In this document: positions 1 to 14,830 of the stretch, in pieces
Numbering within the stretch: position 1 is the stretch's first letter
Layout of the letters: each line of letters begins with the position of its first letter
NCBI GenBank assembly: GCA_035084275.1
Contig: CM068754.1
Coordinates: 8,308,001-8,372,000 of the forward strand
Origin: Hydrolagus colliei
Taxonomy: Eukaryota
Reading direction: 5' to 3'
Length of the DNA stretch: 64,000 nucleotides
The notes under the pieces: model-generated
Seen by the model: the letters and a program-made list of their open reading frames with translations, nothing else
The model's database searches: none
What the model was told of the DNA's origin: nothing
Translations under genes and position numbers: made by a program

Positions 1-91
1 TGTCCTACAGGATTCTTCTTACTGATTCTTGCAGAATCTAATAAAAATTCTATACAGCAAATTGTAAATCCTACAGGATTTCTGGTAAGGG
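1..91. mobile_element. Possible right end of a DNA-transposon derivative (CCC/GGG terminus, palindromic subterminal repeats)
   Basis: Repeated tcctacaggatt (aatcctacaggatt is a spaced palindrome), ending ctggtaaggg. Truncated by the window edge. Confidence 0.3.
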
Positions 92-3000
92 ATTAATCTG
101 TTAGTAGTTTGGCAGAGAGGATTACCCTTTTTGGAATGTCTTACTTCTCCTCCACTATTATATTCACATACTAATGCAATTTATTTTGTGAATACAAGAC
201 TTAGAAATGATCACTTTTACAACTAAAACTATGCATACACATACTAATGAACTATAACTTATTGTATGGAGTTGCAAAATACTTCTGCCAAGAGCATGAT
301 CAATAGATGTGCACTTGTGTTCATCACAATGTTTATAATCTCTGCTCACTGACTTGACCCTTTGCTCAAGGAATCAGGTAAGCTCTGCCGTGATAAGCCA
401 CCGGAAAGTCCAATTTCAATGAAGGGGAATGAAAATTGCTTACACAGTATGGATATTGGTAGGAGAGAGTTGCACAAGTAAACCATTCCAGCTCCAGATA
501 ATATAATAAATTATTAAAATCAACTCCTCAGCTATGTCACTGCCTTGTAAATAAACTTCATTGTACTGATTACTCCACATTTATAAACTCGCAAAATAGG
601 AAGCAACTCGACATATTTATGCTGTACCTACTCTTCAGTTTCTTACAAAGGAAATCTTGGTACAGTAAATGACAGAAGACCAGCAACGACATTCAAATCA
701 TTCCCAGTGGTCAACTGTGGATGAGTAACGGTCATTACTGAAATTTGATTCCAATATTCCTGTGGTAGATAGATGAGTCAGGCTTCCCTGCACCTGGAAG
801 AACTCAGCTAAGTTAACACAAGGCATAGACTCCAAACCTAGCTACTTGGGAGTTTAAAAGTAACAATTGCTACCATTAAATTCAATTAAATCCTTGAGGT
901 TTGATTTTTCATCTTGTTCCAGACCCACTTCAAGCTGTGCAAATGAAAACATGAATGAACATCTTTCCTGCAGCCTAATCTCTTTGTAATTACAGTTTCA
1001 AACATTGTTACAAGAACCTTAAATTTGGAACAAGAAGATAATTTGACCCATGAAGACAGCTCTTTTCGACTGGCCACATGTACAATATTAAATTACCGAG
1101 GGAGGCAAATGCACGGGAAACATTTTCAAGAACAATAAATTCAATCAAATTTATCTCCCGACACACGAATGGAATCAAGCAAATATTGTAGTAGATCAGG
1201 CCAACATTAAAACCCCAATTATTAATCATGTTTATTATAAAATGTAATTTCCATTGTCCCAGCATGTCCCCAGAAAGAATTAGCCATCTATCTATATGTT
1301 TCTATCTCCCCATTTCAATCATATAATTCTACTGAAATATTTGTGATTGAGTTCTGACATAGTCTGCATTGCTTCATCAATTTGTATCTCAATCAAGCGC
1401 TTCCATTCACACTATCCACATTAGTTATTGCCAATGCTTTTCTGACAAGACTACCGAGTTTATGTACAGTTGTGTTGTATTCTCACACCCATTAAAAATG
1501 GATTGATACAAACACTAAATCATTTTGCTTAGGATCTCACAGTTATAATACAGAGGACAATTCCTCTTCATGAATCTTGCTTCAAACTCGAATCTCCAAG
1601 GAAGAAAGAGCAATGCCCTAACATGAATAAGTAATGCCTTTATGGACAATCTTGACACTTTGAAAAGCAGGTAATATACCATTCCATTCTGCTTGGTCAA
1701 CAACGCAGTTGCGCAATATGCAAGGTTTTCATTTTTAATGAGATAAAAACAGAAGAGTGAGGGAGTTGTTTTACAGCAAACATAAACAGTATATTATTCA
1801 GTATATTTGCTGATTTTGATCCTATAGATTGTGCCACATAGAGTGACGTAAAAATGACACAATTGTTTGTGATCTGGCTGAAATAAATCAATTAACTTAT
1901 TTTAAGTACTGTATTCTTTCCTTACTCCTAGTATTTTTGCTTCTTTTACTCAATGCATTGATTCATGATGGAGCAGAGTCTGAGCACACTGGCAACTATC
2001 AATGACACCTTATTAAAGTGGCTATTTCTCTTGGGTGCTGATTGCTGAAAGACTATTCAACCGTTTAAGGCATCGAGTCTGAGCCAAGTCCATTGTTCAT
2101 CCAACATATCCACCCACCTACACACACTTCATCATCACAGGCTGTTTTATGTCAATCAGGAGTAGAAACCTTGGCTGATTTTATTTCCTCTCCAGTGACC
2201 AGGAACATGGAGAAAAGTTGCACTCCACTGATGTTAATGTTAACTTGCATCAAGGATTAAACTTGCAGTTTTCATGAAGCATCATCATCCCATGCAGTGT
2301 ATCAAACAATTAAGCCCTACAGTTATAAATTACAAACTGGAAATTATTCTGCCTCAAGTGATAATACTTAGTGAATATTAATTGATGAGCAATGCTCTAT
2401 ATAATCGAAGATACATATGAAAAAATATTTAGTCAAATACTGTAGTGTTTCAAATCTATTTTTGTATCAAAGACCCAAGTTAAACTCTAATCTATCAATA
2501 AGGAAACTTTGCAACATACTGTAATAATACATTAATTAAGTCAGACATCTCACCAGCAGATGTTTGGAGCTGCCCAAGCATTAATTTTTAGTTCTGCTTA
2601 ATTAAAACAGATCAAATGCATATGCAGATGTTCAAGAGTCTAGAAGATTTTTTTTAAAAATACACATAAAGGTGTGGAAGGTTAGTAGAAATGTGTGTAG
2701 AAAAATGTCAGAAAAAAAATTAACAAGCTTTTGCGAGAATCGTGTTACATGCTTCTTGGTTTATGTGGAGAACAGGAAATGTTGCAATGCCCATTTCCCA
2801 GCAATTCAAATCCCCAAACACTGAATTTCAAATTTCAAATGCAAATAATAGCTTTGTGGGCCAAGCGCAACTAAAGCCTTCGGGAGAGAACGGAGGAATT
2901 TGTTGAGGGCAATGGGCAATTGAACCACTTCAGTGAGATCATTTTGTTTGTGTACAACCTCACCATCAAGAGCAGCAACACATATTTCTAACACGCATCC

Positions 3001-3404
3001 ATTTAACACCACACAATGATAAGAGTATTTTATTATCATTCAAGGCTCAGTTTACAGCAAAATAAACTGTAGAGATCAAAGGAAAAATAAAATATTCTGT
3101 TTGTAACGAAGCCATCGTGAACCTTTTCGCAAATAAATGGGTGATTTTCATAAAAACAATAGTGAAGTGGCACTCAATTCACCAGAGATATTTTCAGCTA
3201 AATTGATGGCACTCAGAAAAATTACTGTCTCCGTTTCTTTTTACGACTACTGTAATTGGCATAGTCACAAAATAAACTTCAGAGAAGTATTTCAAGAAGG
3301 ACTTTCAGTGAGTGTTAAGAATTCCAGATATGAGACATCAAATTCCAAAATAGTATATTTTTAAAAGCAATCTGAGATGGCTACTTCAAGCTGTCATCCC
3401 AGTT

Positions 3405-3770
3405 TATTTAGTAACACTCTTGTTTCGACTCCAAAGCTGGTATTCAAGGTTGACAGTCCAGTGCAGTACTGGGGAAGCACTGCACTTTCAGAGGTGCTGT
3501 ACTTCAGATGAAATGTTAAACCAATGTCCCAATTTCCTGCTCAGGTGGCGTTATAAAGATCTCAAAAAAAGGGCATTCTTAATTAACCATTGGCCAAAAC
3601 ATTCCCAGATACAAGATCGATCATTCACTTCATGGCTATATTCGTTCATCAGTGCTAAGCACAGATTGACTGGGCTTTCATCTAGCAATACAGTACAGTG
3701 AAATTCTGTGAGGAATTTTAATGGTTTCAATGACAGAAGATACTATATCAAAGCAAGAATTATTTCATTG
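3405..3770 (+). mobile_element. Deu-domain SINE, degenerate
   Basis: cagtgcagtactgggga...gaggtgctgtacttcagatgaaatgttaaacc...ctcaggtggcg. Confidence 0.65.
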
Positions 3771-3845
3771 TTATCCAAAGACTTGTTCTCAATTCCATCA
3801 AGACTATCCTTTGGGTTTGTGTCACGATTATATGGTCCAGTAATA

Positions 3846-4117
3846 CAGTAAAAGCTTGGTTATCCGGCAACCAACCTACTGGCACGCTCAACCAACCGAT
3901 ATCTCCCAATACAAGTAAAATTTGAGTATTTCCCCACCCATATGCTCACGTTGTGCATGCATGCGCACTTAATAAACTTACCAAATGTGATTCTACTGAG
4001 TTAAACAAGTTAATTTTTTGTGTAGGATTTTTGGCAACTTGCCGCTCGAATATCTGGCATATTTGATTAACTGGCACCAGTCAGGTCCCGATGGTGCCAG
4101 ATAACAAAGCTTTATCC
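3846..4117. mobile_element. Second, internally shorter copy of the same Tigger-type MITE
   Basis: TA|CAGTAAAAGCTTGGTTATCCGGCA. Shares gcaacttgccgctcgaata and caggtcccga with 8100-8456. Right TIR is degenerate. Confidence 0.75.
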
Positions 4118-6706
4118 TATTTGATATGACATTCACAATGGCAAAATGCTTCAAAGTGGTCCACAGTTAACGAGTGTCAAGTGGTATAGGCAAATGCTCA
4201 GAGCAAGGCATAACAGACATTATGAAGCAGGATCAAATATGACATGAAGAACAACAGGTTAATTGCGCCCCCAAAGGCTATCCAGTTTAGTCATTGAGTC
4301 AGTCTGGTTGAAATATTGGATGAGTATGTAAGATCTGAATTCTTGTGCCTAAAAAATATTATTAAATCTTAATTCCAATTGGGAGCAGAGACTGGTTTCA
4401 CCTTTTGAATCTGTCAGCAATAATAGCAGTTGAGTTCATTGTGTTCGGTCAGTTCTGGTCAAACAAGAGCAAAAATCTCATTTGAAGGTTGGTTTGCTCA
4501 TTACTAAGCAACCACTGCTAATGTGGCTGAAGTCATTGAAAGAAAGGGTAGAAAAGCTATAAAAATAATTATTACAGCTCATTTGAACAGTAAATTTGGT
4601 TTTCATCTCCGGCACTGTCATTTATTCAAGCTGCCAATCCTCAGTTAGAATCTTCTGTACTCCTGCTTGTTTGTTATTAAGAGTGTTTAAGATACCCATG
4701 GGGAATAGCGGTGGTTATGAATACATGTTATGTTGGTAATTTTGTTGTCAATGTCACCACACGTTTGTACTTTCTTTGTAGAGATAACGCTCCATTGCAT
4801 GTAAAACTGTCTGCATACCTCAGTAAGGATTGCCTATAGAGAATTTAATAATTCCCACACAGACATTTTCAGGGATTATGTGCTGTAGTAGGTAAAACCA
4901 TGACTGGGACCTGGGTTAAAATTCAGTCTATAAGAACGCTATAAATAAGAACTTTATCTCATTGCTATTGTAGCTGTACATTAATTAAGTTTGGGGATCT
5001 TCATTGTTGTAAATGTTCTGCTCACTGACACAAACTACTATTGCAGTAATAAAGCTACTCGAATATCAAGCTTTCCCTAGCTATTATAATCTTAACTCTA
5101 AATTGCTAAATGAATATTAGCTCATCCTGAATAAAATATACTGTACTTAACATGTTGCTATACCTTCCTTTCCTAATCCCTCCTTTTGTAATTTATCTTA
5201 TTATTATTTTAACGTTGCATTATTTCTAATTCAATCCCTCTTTTTGTTTAAGTAAGACTGTTTGGACTCCATCTGCAGTCCATGACACTAATCGGACGAC
5301 TGTGCTAATATGGTGGTCCACATGGATGGCTAGTATAGCAAATGATTACGCCATCCTCTTGCGGACGAGGCATTTTTCTTGGGTTGAGTTTAAGATGGAT
5401 AGTTGGGGAAGCGTAGTGCCATTCTACACATGTTGAGCTGATATTAGCGGAAGGAAAGATATGCTGTTCAGTGTTGTCATCCAACCCAACACAACATTCT
5501 CCAAACATGTATTGAAGATTTTAAACTCTTGTGACTGCTTTGATGAAACCTCCATCTGGACTAATGAAACAGACAGTTATAATCATATAGATTGTGCTTG
5601 CACACCACAGCCTTTCAGCAGACACTGTAAGAGCAGCATAGAAAACAGCATCTCTGATCTATTCCTTTTTCAGCAAGTCTTGGCTATCTACTCTGTAGAA
5701 GTTAACATCTCAGCATATTCAAACAGTACCCCGGCAAACTGCAGGCAGCCAAAGGATTCAGAAATTGTCCCGGGATGAATATAATTTAAACTTTCCAAAT
5801 CTTCTGTATATCACGTTTAGACCTTCTATCCACAAATGTGTTGATTTCCCAAATGAGTTCATTTATAAAATCACTGCTCATCTACTACAGACTGTAGCTT
5901 GGGCATTTTATTCACAGTCGGGTGGTAATTTTCAAGGGACAGAGGGAGGGAATGATATTTTCTTCAGCAATTCCTTTCCCTCAATGATTATCCATCAAAA
6001 GCTTTTAATCCTCTACAGTACAGTAGGGAGCAAAGAAGTGAAATAAACAGCATTCATTATAATCAGCTGTTCTTTTCACATTTTCTCACTCGAGTCCATT
6101 TGCCAACATCTTGCCATCTGCTCCGTAAGACGCAAACTTAGAAAGTGCACTCAAAGCCGATGCGCGGACCAGATTACAGACGATTTTCAGATGACCCGCT
6201 GTACTTAGCCACCACAATCTCTTTAAAAAATTAATTAAGAACTTTGTCAATGGTCCTTGAGTTTGTTAAGTCCTCAGAGTGCCTAGCATTCATAAGACCA
6301 AACAAAGCCTCTTAGCGCATCCACATCTGCAAACCTTGCATACATAACATATTCTGACCCTTTGAAGGAATGCTCCACACTGACTCCACTGTAAAGAGAA
6401 ATAAAACTGCTTTTTGAGGCAAAGAAGATTCCCACATGTCACCCATATTCAGTATCTTGATTTTAATGTAAAATATGGCCTTTTAAAGTATGTCATGGTC
6501 AGAGTGTGTCAATGATATCATGTACTATGTATAACCCAAATTACCTTTTTCCAATGACTATCAGCTAATTGCCAGCATCTTTAAATCATCTTCCATCCTC
6601 CTATGCTTCTGCTACATTTACTTAACTGTGCTTCTGTAATGCAAATGACGGGGTTGAAAAGCACTCGTAGGAAAAGCAGCAGCTCAAATGACACCTGGGA
6701 TACAAA

Positions 6707-7143
6707 GCTGTCAGCCTGACTCGGGAGCACTCTTGCTTTTGAATCAGAAGAATGTGGGTTCGAGCCCCACTTGAGGACTTTGAAACCACATCATCTGGGC
6801 TGACACCCCAATCCAATGCTGATCCTTTGGATGACGCGTTCAACTGAAGTCCCATCTCATTTGCTCAGGAGACGTAAACAATCCCGGAGCGCTATTTGGA
6901 AAAAGAAGGGAGTTTCTCCCAGTGTCTAGGGCGACAACACCCAAAATAAATTTGGTCATTGCCCTCACAGCTGTTTGTGAGACATTGCTGGAAAGAAATT
7001 AGCTGCTGCATTTGCCTACAAACAAGTGGTCACACCTCGTGCTTTACAGTGTACACTATACTGCACTTTAGTTCCTGCGAAGCCCTTTAGATGTTTCAAC
7101 AATGTGGTAAAGCACTGTATCACATGCAAAGATTATTGTTATT
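6707..7143 (+). mobile_element. Older Deu-domain SINE (SacSINE1/AmnSINE1-like)
   Basis: tRNA-like head (gggttcgagcccc), Deu-like ggatgacgcgttcaactgaagtccc...ctcaggagacgtaaacaatccc, L2-type tail. Confidence 0.7.
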
Positions 7144-8099
7144 CTAAATCCATGTATGGAACGCTTGCTCCAAAGCGATCTTGGATCAGAGCAGATTTGC
7201 TAATTAACCATCTTGGGCAGGGGATGAATTTGGTGCTTAAAAATGTGCTTTTCTATTGTTCCAGGCCATAATACGGAAGCTATTCTTAGAGTGCAAAGCT
7301 AGATTGGATGTATAATTTAATACAAGCACTTATGTAACATTAATGTAAATGATGCTTTCAAAAGCTATACAGCTTTTCTTACAGTAAAGAATTCTGACAG
7401 AGGGCTCAGCGGTTTGCAGGAACTCCCTGTTGTGTGCGCTAACGGCCCACGCTACGGGGCAACTCAGAGGAGAGTAAAGTATCTCCCAGCGGTGCTCAGT
7501 GATGCCCAGCAGTGTGTGTGGACTCTCAGTGATGCTGAGTCGACTACAGTACAAACAGTTGCAAATTTTAGCCTTTGTTCATGTGAACAGCTTGATCTGA
7601 AAGACCTCTTTCAAATAGCTGAAGCTGCATACCAACCAACCAGAAAATAAGACAGGTTACCTTATTTGCACAGAAACATATCCAGAGGTAAAATATACTG
7701 CAGAGCTTATTTAATTTGCAAGTGCAATGAAGCCTCACCACATTTGATATCCACACCCAAGCCCTGTTGGTGTATACTCTCATCATACTGATCCATAAAG
7801 ACTGAACTGGTTCTGAAATCAGTCACCATTTCAACAGTCTTTATTTATAGAGTGCTTTTCATGGTAGGACTGCGTCTCAAAACACTTTGCTCCATCTGAC
7901 TGGTTGGAAGGAGGAATGCAAGCTGAGAATACTCTGATGAGTAAAGGAAAGGAAGGCTAGTTCTAAGTGGAACATCTGAGAGAGGGTCCAGTATATGAAC
8001 TCAATTATAACAAACTAGTATATTCCACACTGCGACGTGATTACCACAATACTCATTTGTCAAAGGACATCTATAATAGTAATGACAATAATCCTAGTA

Positions 8100-8456
8100 C
8101 AGTAAAACCTTGTTTTATCCAGTACCCAACCAACCGGCATACTCAACCAACCAGCATCTAGCAATTGCATTGGGAGATCTGGGACACTCGTGGTATGCTC
8201 ACTTTGCGCATGCGCACTTATTAAACTTACTGAACGCTAGACTGCTTTTTTACTGATCATTTTATTGAGTGTGCTGGAATGCTTTATTGGTAACTATCCA
8301 TACAATATTCTGTTACTATTTAGTCTATTATTAATATGGTGTGTTTTAAAATAAGTAAAGTTTTCGGGTAGGATTTTCAGCAACTTGCCGCTCGAATAGC
8401 CGGCATATTAGATTATGGGCAGGTCCCGAAGTTGCCGGATAACGAAGGTTTTACTG
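8100..8456. mobile_element. Tc1/mariner Tigger/pogo-type MITE
   Basis: TA|CAGTAAAACCTTGTTTTATCC...GGATAACGAAGGTTTTACTG|TA: terminal inverted repeats with TA TSD. Confidence 0.85.
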
Positions 8457-8694
8457 TATTTGTTTTAGCCTCTCACACCAAGAGGACATTTCATTTAATG
8501 GATTGTAGCCAAGACACCAAGCAAAATTCCCTTCTGTTTCAAATAGTAAACTCAGTTTGACGCATTGAAAGGCACCAACGCAATGCAGCACACATACTCC
8601 AGGCATTATATTGGACTGTCAGACTAGGCTATGCAAGTTTAAAGCCAATGTTTCATAAACAGCCATGGAATGAATGACCAATTTTATTTGGGGA

Positions 8695-8949
8695 GCGATA
8701 ACTGGGCAGGACACCGGGAGGAAACACCCTTTGCTTTTCGAATAGTGCCATGCGACCTCTAACATCTAACTGAACAGGCAGACAGAACCTCGGTCTCATC
8801 CGAAGTACGGCACTCCAACGATGCAACACATCCTCAGCGCTGCACTGGAATGTCAGATTAGACAATGTGATTACAAGTCCCGAAGTGGTGCTTGAACCCA
8901 CACCTTCTGACTCACAGGCAAGAGAGCTATCACGGAGTCAGGCTGACAC
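8695..8949 (-). mobile_element. Deu-domain SINE
   Basis: Reverse complement of the 6707 type (cttgaacccacaccttctgactc...caggctgaca). Confidence 0.7.
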
Positions 8950-9758
8950 AGTGAAACTGCTACATTGCTTAAGGATTCCACAGACGTGAATATTTCTGTT
9001 AATTATGAGAATGATTTCTGCTTGCACCCACCAATATCATGAGAAATTGTGCTTTATGTTTGTGGATCAATATTGTACATGATCCTTTGAGGTATGTAGC
9101 AGCATTTTCACTCCAGAATAAAACAATATAACAAGATTACTGGGGTTAATCTGCTGTGTGTGGCTGACATACCGAATGCAGTGTGCTATTCTTCTCTATT
9201 TGGTACATTTTGCAAAATTGCCCACTGTACTTATAAATGGCTATAAATCCAATTTCAACTTATAAATAACACCACATTAAAAACTAAAATTAAATTATAC
9301 ACATAAAATTCTATAATAGCAATCTATGAACCCACAAGTGCAAATGTAATGCCTTCTACTGCAGGATGGCCTGTCGATGTTCACTGTCTGGTTTCTGATA
9401 TAAAAGGAGAGTGGCGGACAAACAACCCAGCACAAAGAAGCAGCTTTAAGCTAAGGAACAAGGAAACAGAGATTGGTAAAAATATAAATTAGAACAATAA
9501 GCCTTATTGAGTTCCCCAAACCTGCCTGCGCAGTCTCCTACATTATGTTAGGTTCGGCTGCAGCAATAAACATGACTGCCTGCCCATCACTCCACCACTT
9601 TATCATGCACTGCCCCGGAAATAAATGTAGAATCATACTGCATGTATGCTTGCCACCCCAAGTGCTAAACAAACAGTTCCTTTTACTTTCAGCCACATTA
9701 ACATATATCGAGATATGTAACTGTTACATCCATAAATAAATATTATATTTATGCTTGT

Positions 9759-9970
9759 GGCATCCTGTAACTTAGTGGTTAGAGCACTCGCCTCGCTAGC
9801 GAGAGATCTGGGTTCGATTCTAGGCAGAGCAAAACCTTGGGCAAATTTCCTTACTCCACACACCTGATAATAACAGTCAATTCACTTTTCAGTATATTCT
9901 GTGAAGCACTTTGAGACATCTCGAAGACGTAAAAAAGCGCTATATAAAATGCAAGGATTATTATATTATT
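9759..9970 (+). mobile_element. Same tRNA-SINE family, core deleted
   Basis: Head with gggttcgattc joined at cctgataata directly to the tail. Confidence 0.85.
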
Positions 9971-12900
9971 TACATGCATTATGCATTTTCTTAAGAATGT
10001 TAAATGTTTTATGAGCAGTTGCTGTGGATTCTCTTTCTGCATCCCAATCTGTACTTCAGAGCTGTAACAGCTCAAACATAAATAAACAATGAGAAATTTA
10101 AAATCTTCATTAAAAAGTGTATATTATATATTGTAAATAAATCTGCTGCAAAGATTTTGGGTAGTAAGGTAGCTGTACAAATGGAAGAGCATTTAAATAA
10201 AACATGTTCTGTCAACATCTAGTGGCTACTTAGTATAAAATACCTTAAATACTTCATTTAAAAAAATCCTGGAACAAAATGTGATCCAGTGCCCTGCGAT
10301 TTTACTGAAAATGGGGGCTAAATCCATCCCTCAAAACTGTCAAAGCAAAAGATTTCAAGTAGACAACTGAAAATGTTGGAAGATCATTCAGTTAGTTAGC
10401 ATTTCGAATGTTACACGCAAAAATTCAAATGGAAGGTTGTTTGAATTTCTGTGAGTTGAGACTTAACCTATTGGGTTTGGGTGCTGTTCCATCTACTAGG
10501 CACTTCTTGCATTTTGGGCAAATTTTACCCCAGGCCCCTTTCTCAACTGGAACCTTAACCATAAATGAAGTACTGCATAAAAGTACGTCCTTTAAGGATG
10601 CATATCATTTGGGTTCTAACATAAAACCCATAAGAATATTATCTCTTTTTTAAAGTGGCATTGCTTTGCTCCATGTTCCATCACTCCACTGAGGTTTATT
10701 TTATTTATTTTAATATGTCTTCCCATTCTCTTACTTCGGAGTGATCGTCATATCCCCGTCATCGCAAAGTTTGTGGTGAAAGTGGGAAATCCGTTTGTTG
10801 AGGATGGGAGAGGGGGGCAGGGGTGGGCAGGAGAAAGACAGCGAGAGAGAAAAAAAACTGCCTCACTGCTCTTTGAGTAAAACTTTTGAATGCTCCAACA
10901 TTCAACACCATTGAAATCACCCAGCGTCTACTTCAGAAAAACTCTATTTAGCATTCACAATTTATGGAAGAAGTATTTTAGAATTGCATTCAGATAAACA
11001 CGCACACATAGATTTTAAAGAAGTAGCTATACCCCCGCGTAGCATATGCAGCCTAGTATTTTTGAACACATTATTCATATATTTAAAATCTTTTTTTAAA
11101 TAATGTATTTGTTGTTAACAAAAAAAAGAGGTGAGCTATAATCACTGGGTTGATTTTCCTGTTTTTTTTAAGCTGTATTGGTTTTTATTTTCCTTTTAGA
11201 AGTTCATTGCTACAATTGTGGAAACATACCTAAGGCTTTTATATACTGTATTTAGATAAATAACTGCATCCCCAAAGGATGAGATTGCATTGAACCAATA
11301 CATAATAAAAAGCACTTCCCTGGTTATCTAGTTAACAAACCAGTGGAATAACTAATCTGATCGCTCAGTCGATTACCATGGTACAAACTGATATCTTGGC
11401 AATCTAGCACAGACCCACAAATTTCAACATATGATTATAGATTTTGTTGTTGTAGATTCCATTATTGCATCAAATCTTCAGGTTTCAGAGATTTACTGCA
11501 ATAATGCATTTCCTGTAAATTACTCAAGCATAATAAATAAGTCAGTCTACTATTTATTGACAGTTTTAAAAATCCACCAGTGTCTGTAGTGTACTCAACA
11601 CTCAACATCCAATTCATTTATTTAGTCCTTAAATGCTATTAAGTAAGTGAGTGTGGATATTCTCCCAATCACTATCCAGATATCCCTGCTTGAAAGAGTG
11701 TGAATGTGTGCGTTTATGGACATCAGACAAGAATAGGATTGAAGTTGGATTCCTCACAGTTGAATAGTATGTCAACAACAACAACAACAATTTACATTTA
11801 TAGAGCGCCTTTCACGTCGGGAGGACGTCCCAAGTCAATACTTGCTAGTGGGAGGGGAGGCAGAAAAGAAGCTAACTGATTCAAGAATTTAACTTCTCTA
11901 TGCTACCTCCACAAAACAAATCCTGAAATGCAATGGATTAATTTGAATACTTTGCTTACAAACATGCAGTCACTACAGTTTACTTTAAATCACTTTGAGA
12001 TGTTCTCTCGACGGAAAATAAGAGGATTGTTATTATTATCAAAAATCAAGATTCTTATTGCCATAAAAAGAATGCAGGTTTAATGTATTAGCAATTCTTG
12101 TACGTTTCATCTGAACAGTAACCTATTGGTGGGTTTTCAAATGATTTTGTTGAGGAGGGACATAGTTACAGCATGGTGCCATATTAGTGCTGAGCTGCAA
12201 ATACAGTGCAACGCCATTGATTTAATACATCAATGCACACAACTCACACCGACTGCACTGCAACTCATAGGAAGAAATGAAAGCAGCCCACTCGCAATAA
12301 CCCCCGCCTCCCTCTCCCAGGTGTGTTTCCTGCCAAGCTCTATTAAATCTTCTGTAGTTTAATGTACCCATGAGAATTCTAGGAAAATCTGTGCCTCGCT
12401 GGCCCGCTGAAACAAGAGATAAACCGAAACAGGTCCCATTATAATGCAGAAAATTGTGTAATTTTTTTTAATGGAAGTATTTCCCTTAAGCTAAATCTTT
12501 CGAGTGCAGTGACTGATACTTTCAACATTGGAGCTACTAATTACATTTTTTTATATCTGTGTAACTATAGTGGCTGAAGTCAAACTCTCTAAAGCTTTTC
12601 GAAGTACAGTGTCTCGGAAATGGGAGAATAAAAATGCATCAAAAATGCTTTCAGCTCCTGGGGTTATTTGGATTCAGGGCCAGAAGTCTTCAAATGGTCC
12701 CATATATCAAGAGGGTTCAACTGGTCTGACTGGCACCCAATTTTGAGGCTAAGGATGCCACACTGGTAGCCCAGCACCTCCATCCAAATGCTCCTCTCCA
12801 GCCACCACAGTGTCTCCATTTGAATTCCATTCACAGAAGCTTGCATCAAGGATCCCAGTGCTGGAACAACATGTCAAACCACTGGCCTCCCCTAACTGCT

Positions 12901-14684
12901 GGGAAGCATGTGACCAAAAGCAGACTTGTGGGAGACCAAGGTTAAGGATGTAATGGGATCATACTTGAAAATGGTCGCTAAAGGTTTTATTTAATACCAG
13001 GGTTTACCCTGTGTGGACTTAAATCTACCAAATATTATTGAAAACAAGGTTTACATTTTAGTCCAATATAGAACTACAGCATTTAACAAGTGCAATGATA
13101 TTTCTCTATACTTCAAGACATAATAATATGATCCAGTAGGCAACACAGCCATTACGTCTGAAAAGCCCAACATTAGAAGCTGTACAGAAAGCGACAGAAT
13201 GATTGTGATGCATGTTTTACCCACCTCTGTTTAAAAGGTGTGAATACACATACCGATATTATATCTGAGCCTGTGGTCTTTACCTCTTAACACTTTCTCT
13301 AGGCATTAAAATATGTGAAATCAATAGATTATCCGTGAAGACAAAGTACATCCAGTACAAATTCCCATTGCTGTATTAATAATAAATAATGAAACTATTA
13401 AATCTCATACCATGAAATTGAATCTTATTTATTCTCATTTCAAACATAAAATGTATTTGTTTGTGTGCGCCAGTGGGTTGCCTTTGCTCTGCACTTCTGT
13501 TTAGTGGGATTGAACTCTTCACCTGTAATGAAGTGAGTGATGCTGTAATTCTGCCAGAAAACCAGGCCATTGATTTGTGCCGTAGAATATACCAGATGTT
13601 TTCTACAAGGGTCTCTTTGGGAGCCCACAAAAACAATGTTTTTTTTTCAACAAAAAACAGGGTCTGTGTTATAAAGAGTCTTTCATATGGGTTTTCTGTT
13701 TGGGAGAGGATGTAAAACTGTACTATGGAATTTTTGCTTGATTTGTGGTGGTTTAGCTTCCACAGAGTCAGCCACAACATTTCCTTTTTCCTTAAATCAT
13801 TTGTAACCAGAAGGGATTAATTTGTCAAAAGCTACCAGTTCCTCTGCCTTCCTTGCAATGTGAGAAATGACACACTTTTGTTGGTTGCTATTATGGAATC
13901 ACTTTCAATAATGTTATTTCACTGTTTCTATGCACCATGCACTGTCCCAATTTAGCAAAAAGGATAAGTAAAAGCCTATTGCCAAAAGTTAATTTGATGA
14001 ATAGGGTTATCCATTCGGTAAACCAGATTAACATCAAAATGCTTATTAATAACAAGATAGTTTGAGGTCTGGTGCAGAACTACCTACAAAATAACCAATG
14101 TGATCACAGTGAAGCAAATACGCAAAAGTGGCATGTGAGCAAACAGATTTTTGACTAATAAGCCTATCGCCAGGCTTCCAAGATGCTGCAAAGTGAATTT
14201 GGTTAAACTAAACTATGATAAGAAATAGCACACAATAAAAGGTAGGTAATTACAGTGAAACCTTGCATTTCTTTTTCGCACTTCATTTCAAATACAATTG
14301 TTCTCCTGGGTTTTGGCATTTACTTGTGGAAAAATATCCAAAGTGTACAAGCCAGCTCCATTGCTACTTTCAGTGCAGGCTGGACTCAGAAATACAAAAT
14401 ACCGCTGTGAATGCAACCAAGAATGGTTATCAAAAATAATAATCCCTGTATTCAATATATTTTTATCATAGATTGTTCTTTTGCTGTGTTTTTGTCAAGC
14501 GCAGCTCTACATGATGCAACCGATATTGTTTTGTACCTGACATTTCTCAAAAGACTATTAGAAGAATTAGATTGGGTAGACTATGTAGAGATAAAACAGT
14601 AATATTATCATTGTATAACGCTTCATCATGTCCTTGAGACGTCCCAAAGCACTTCACAGAATATACTAGTTCGTTCGGAATTAA

Positions 14685-14830
14685 CTTCGTCAGAATATAC
14701 TAGTTCTGACAAAGGGTCGTGGACCCGAAAAGTTGACTCACTTTCCTTTATCAATAAATGCTACCTGACCTGCTGCGAGTTCCCAGTACATTTGTTTCAG
14801 ATTTCCAGCTTCTGCAGTAGTTAGCAATTT
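14685..14830 (+). mobile_element. Partial copy C of the same element (centre plus right arm), inserted into a minus-strand SINE tail
   Basis: Shares ttctgacaaagggtcgtggacccgaaa...gatttccagcttctgcagt with copies A/B. Host SINE sequence at 14602-14668 resumes at ~14845 (tgactgtatattatgtgggcaaaa). Confidence 0.7.
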
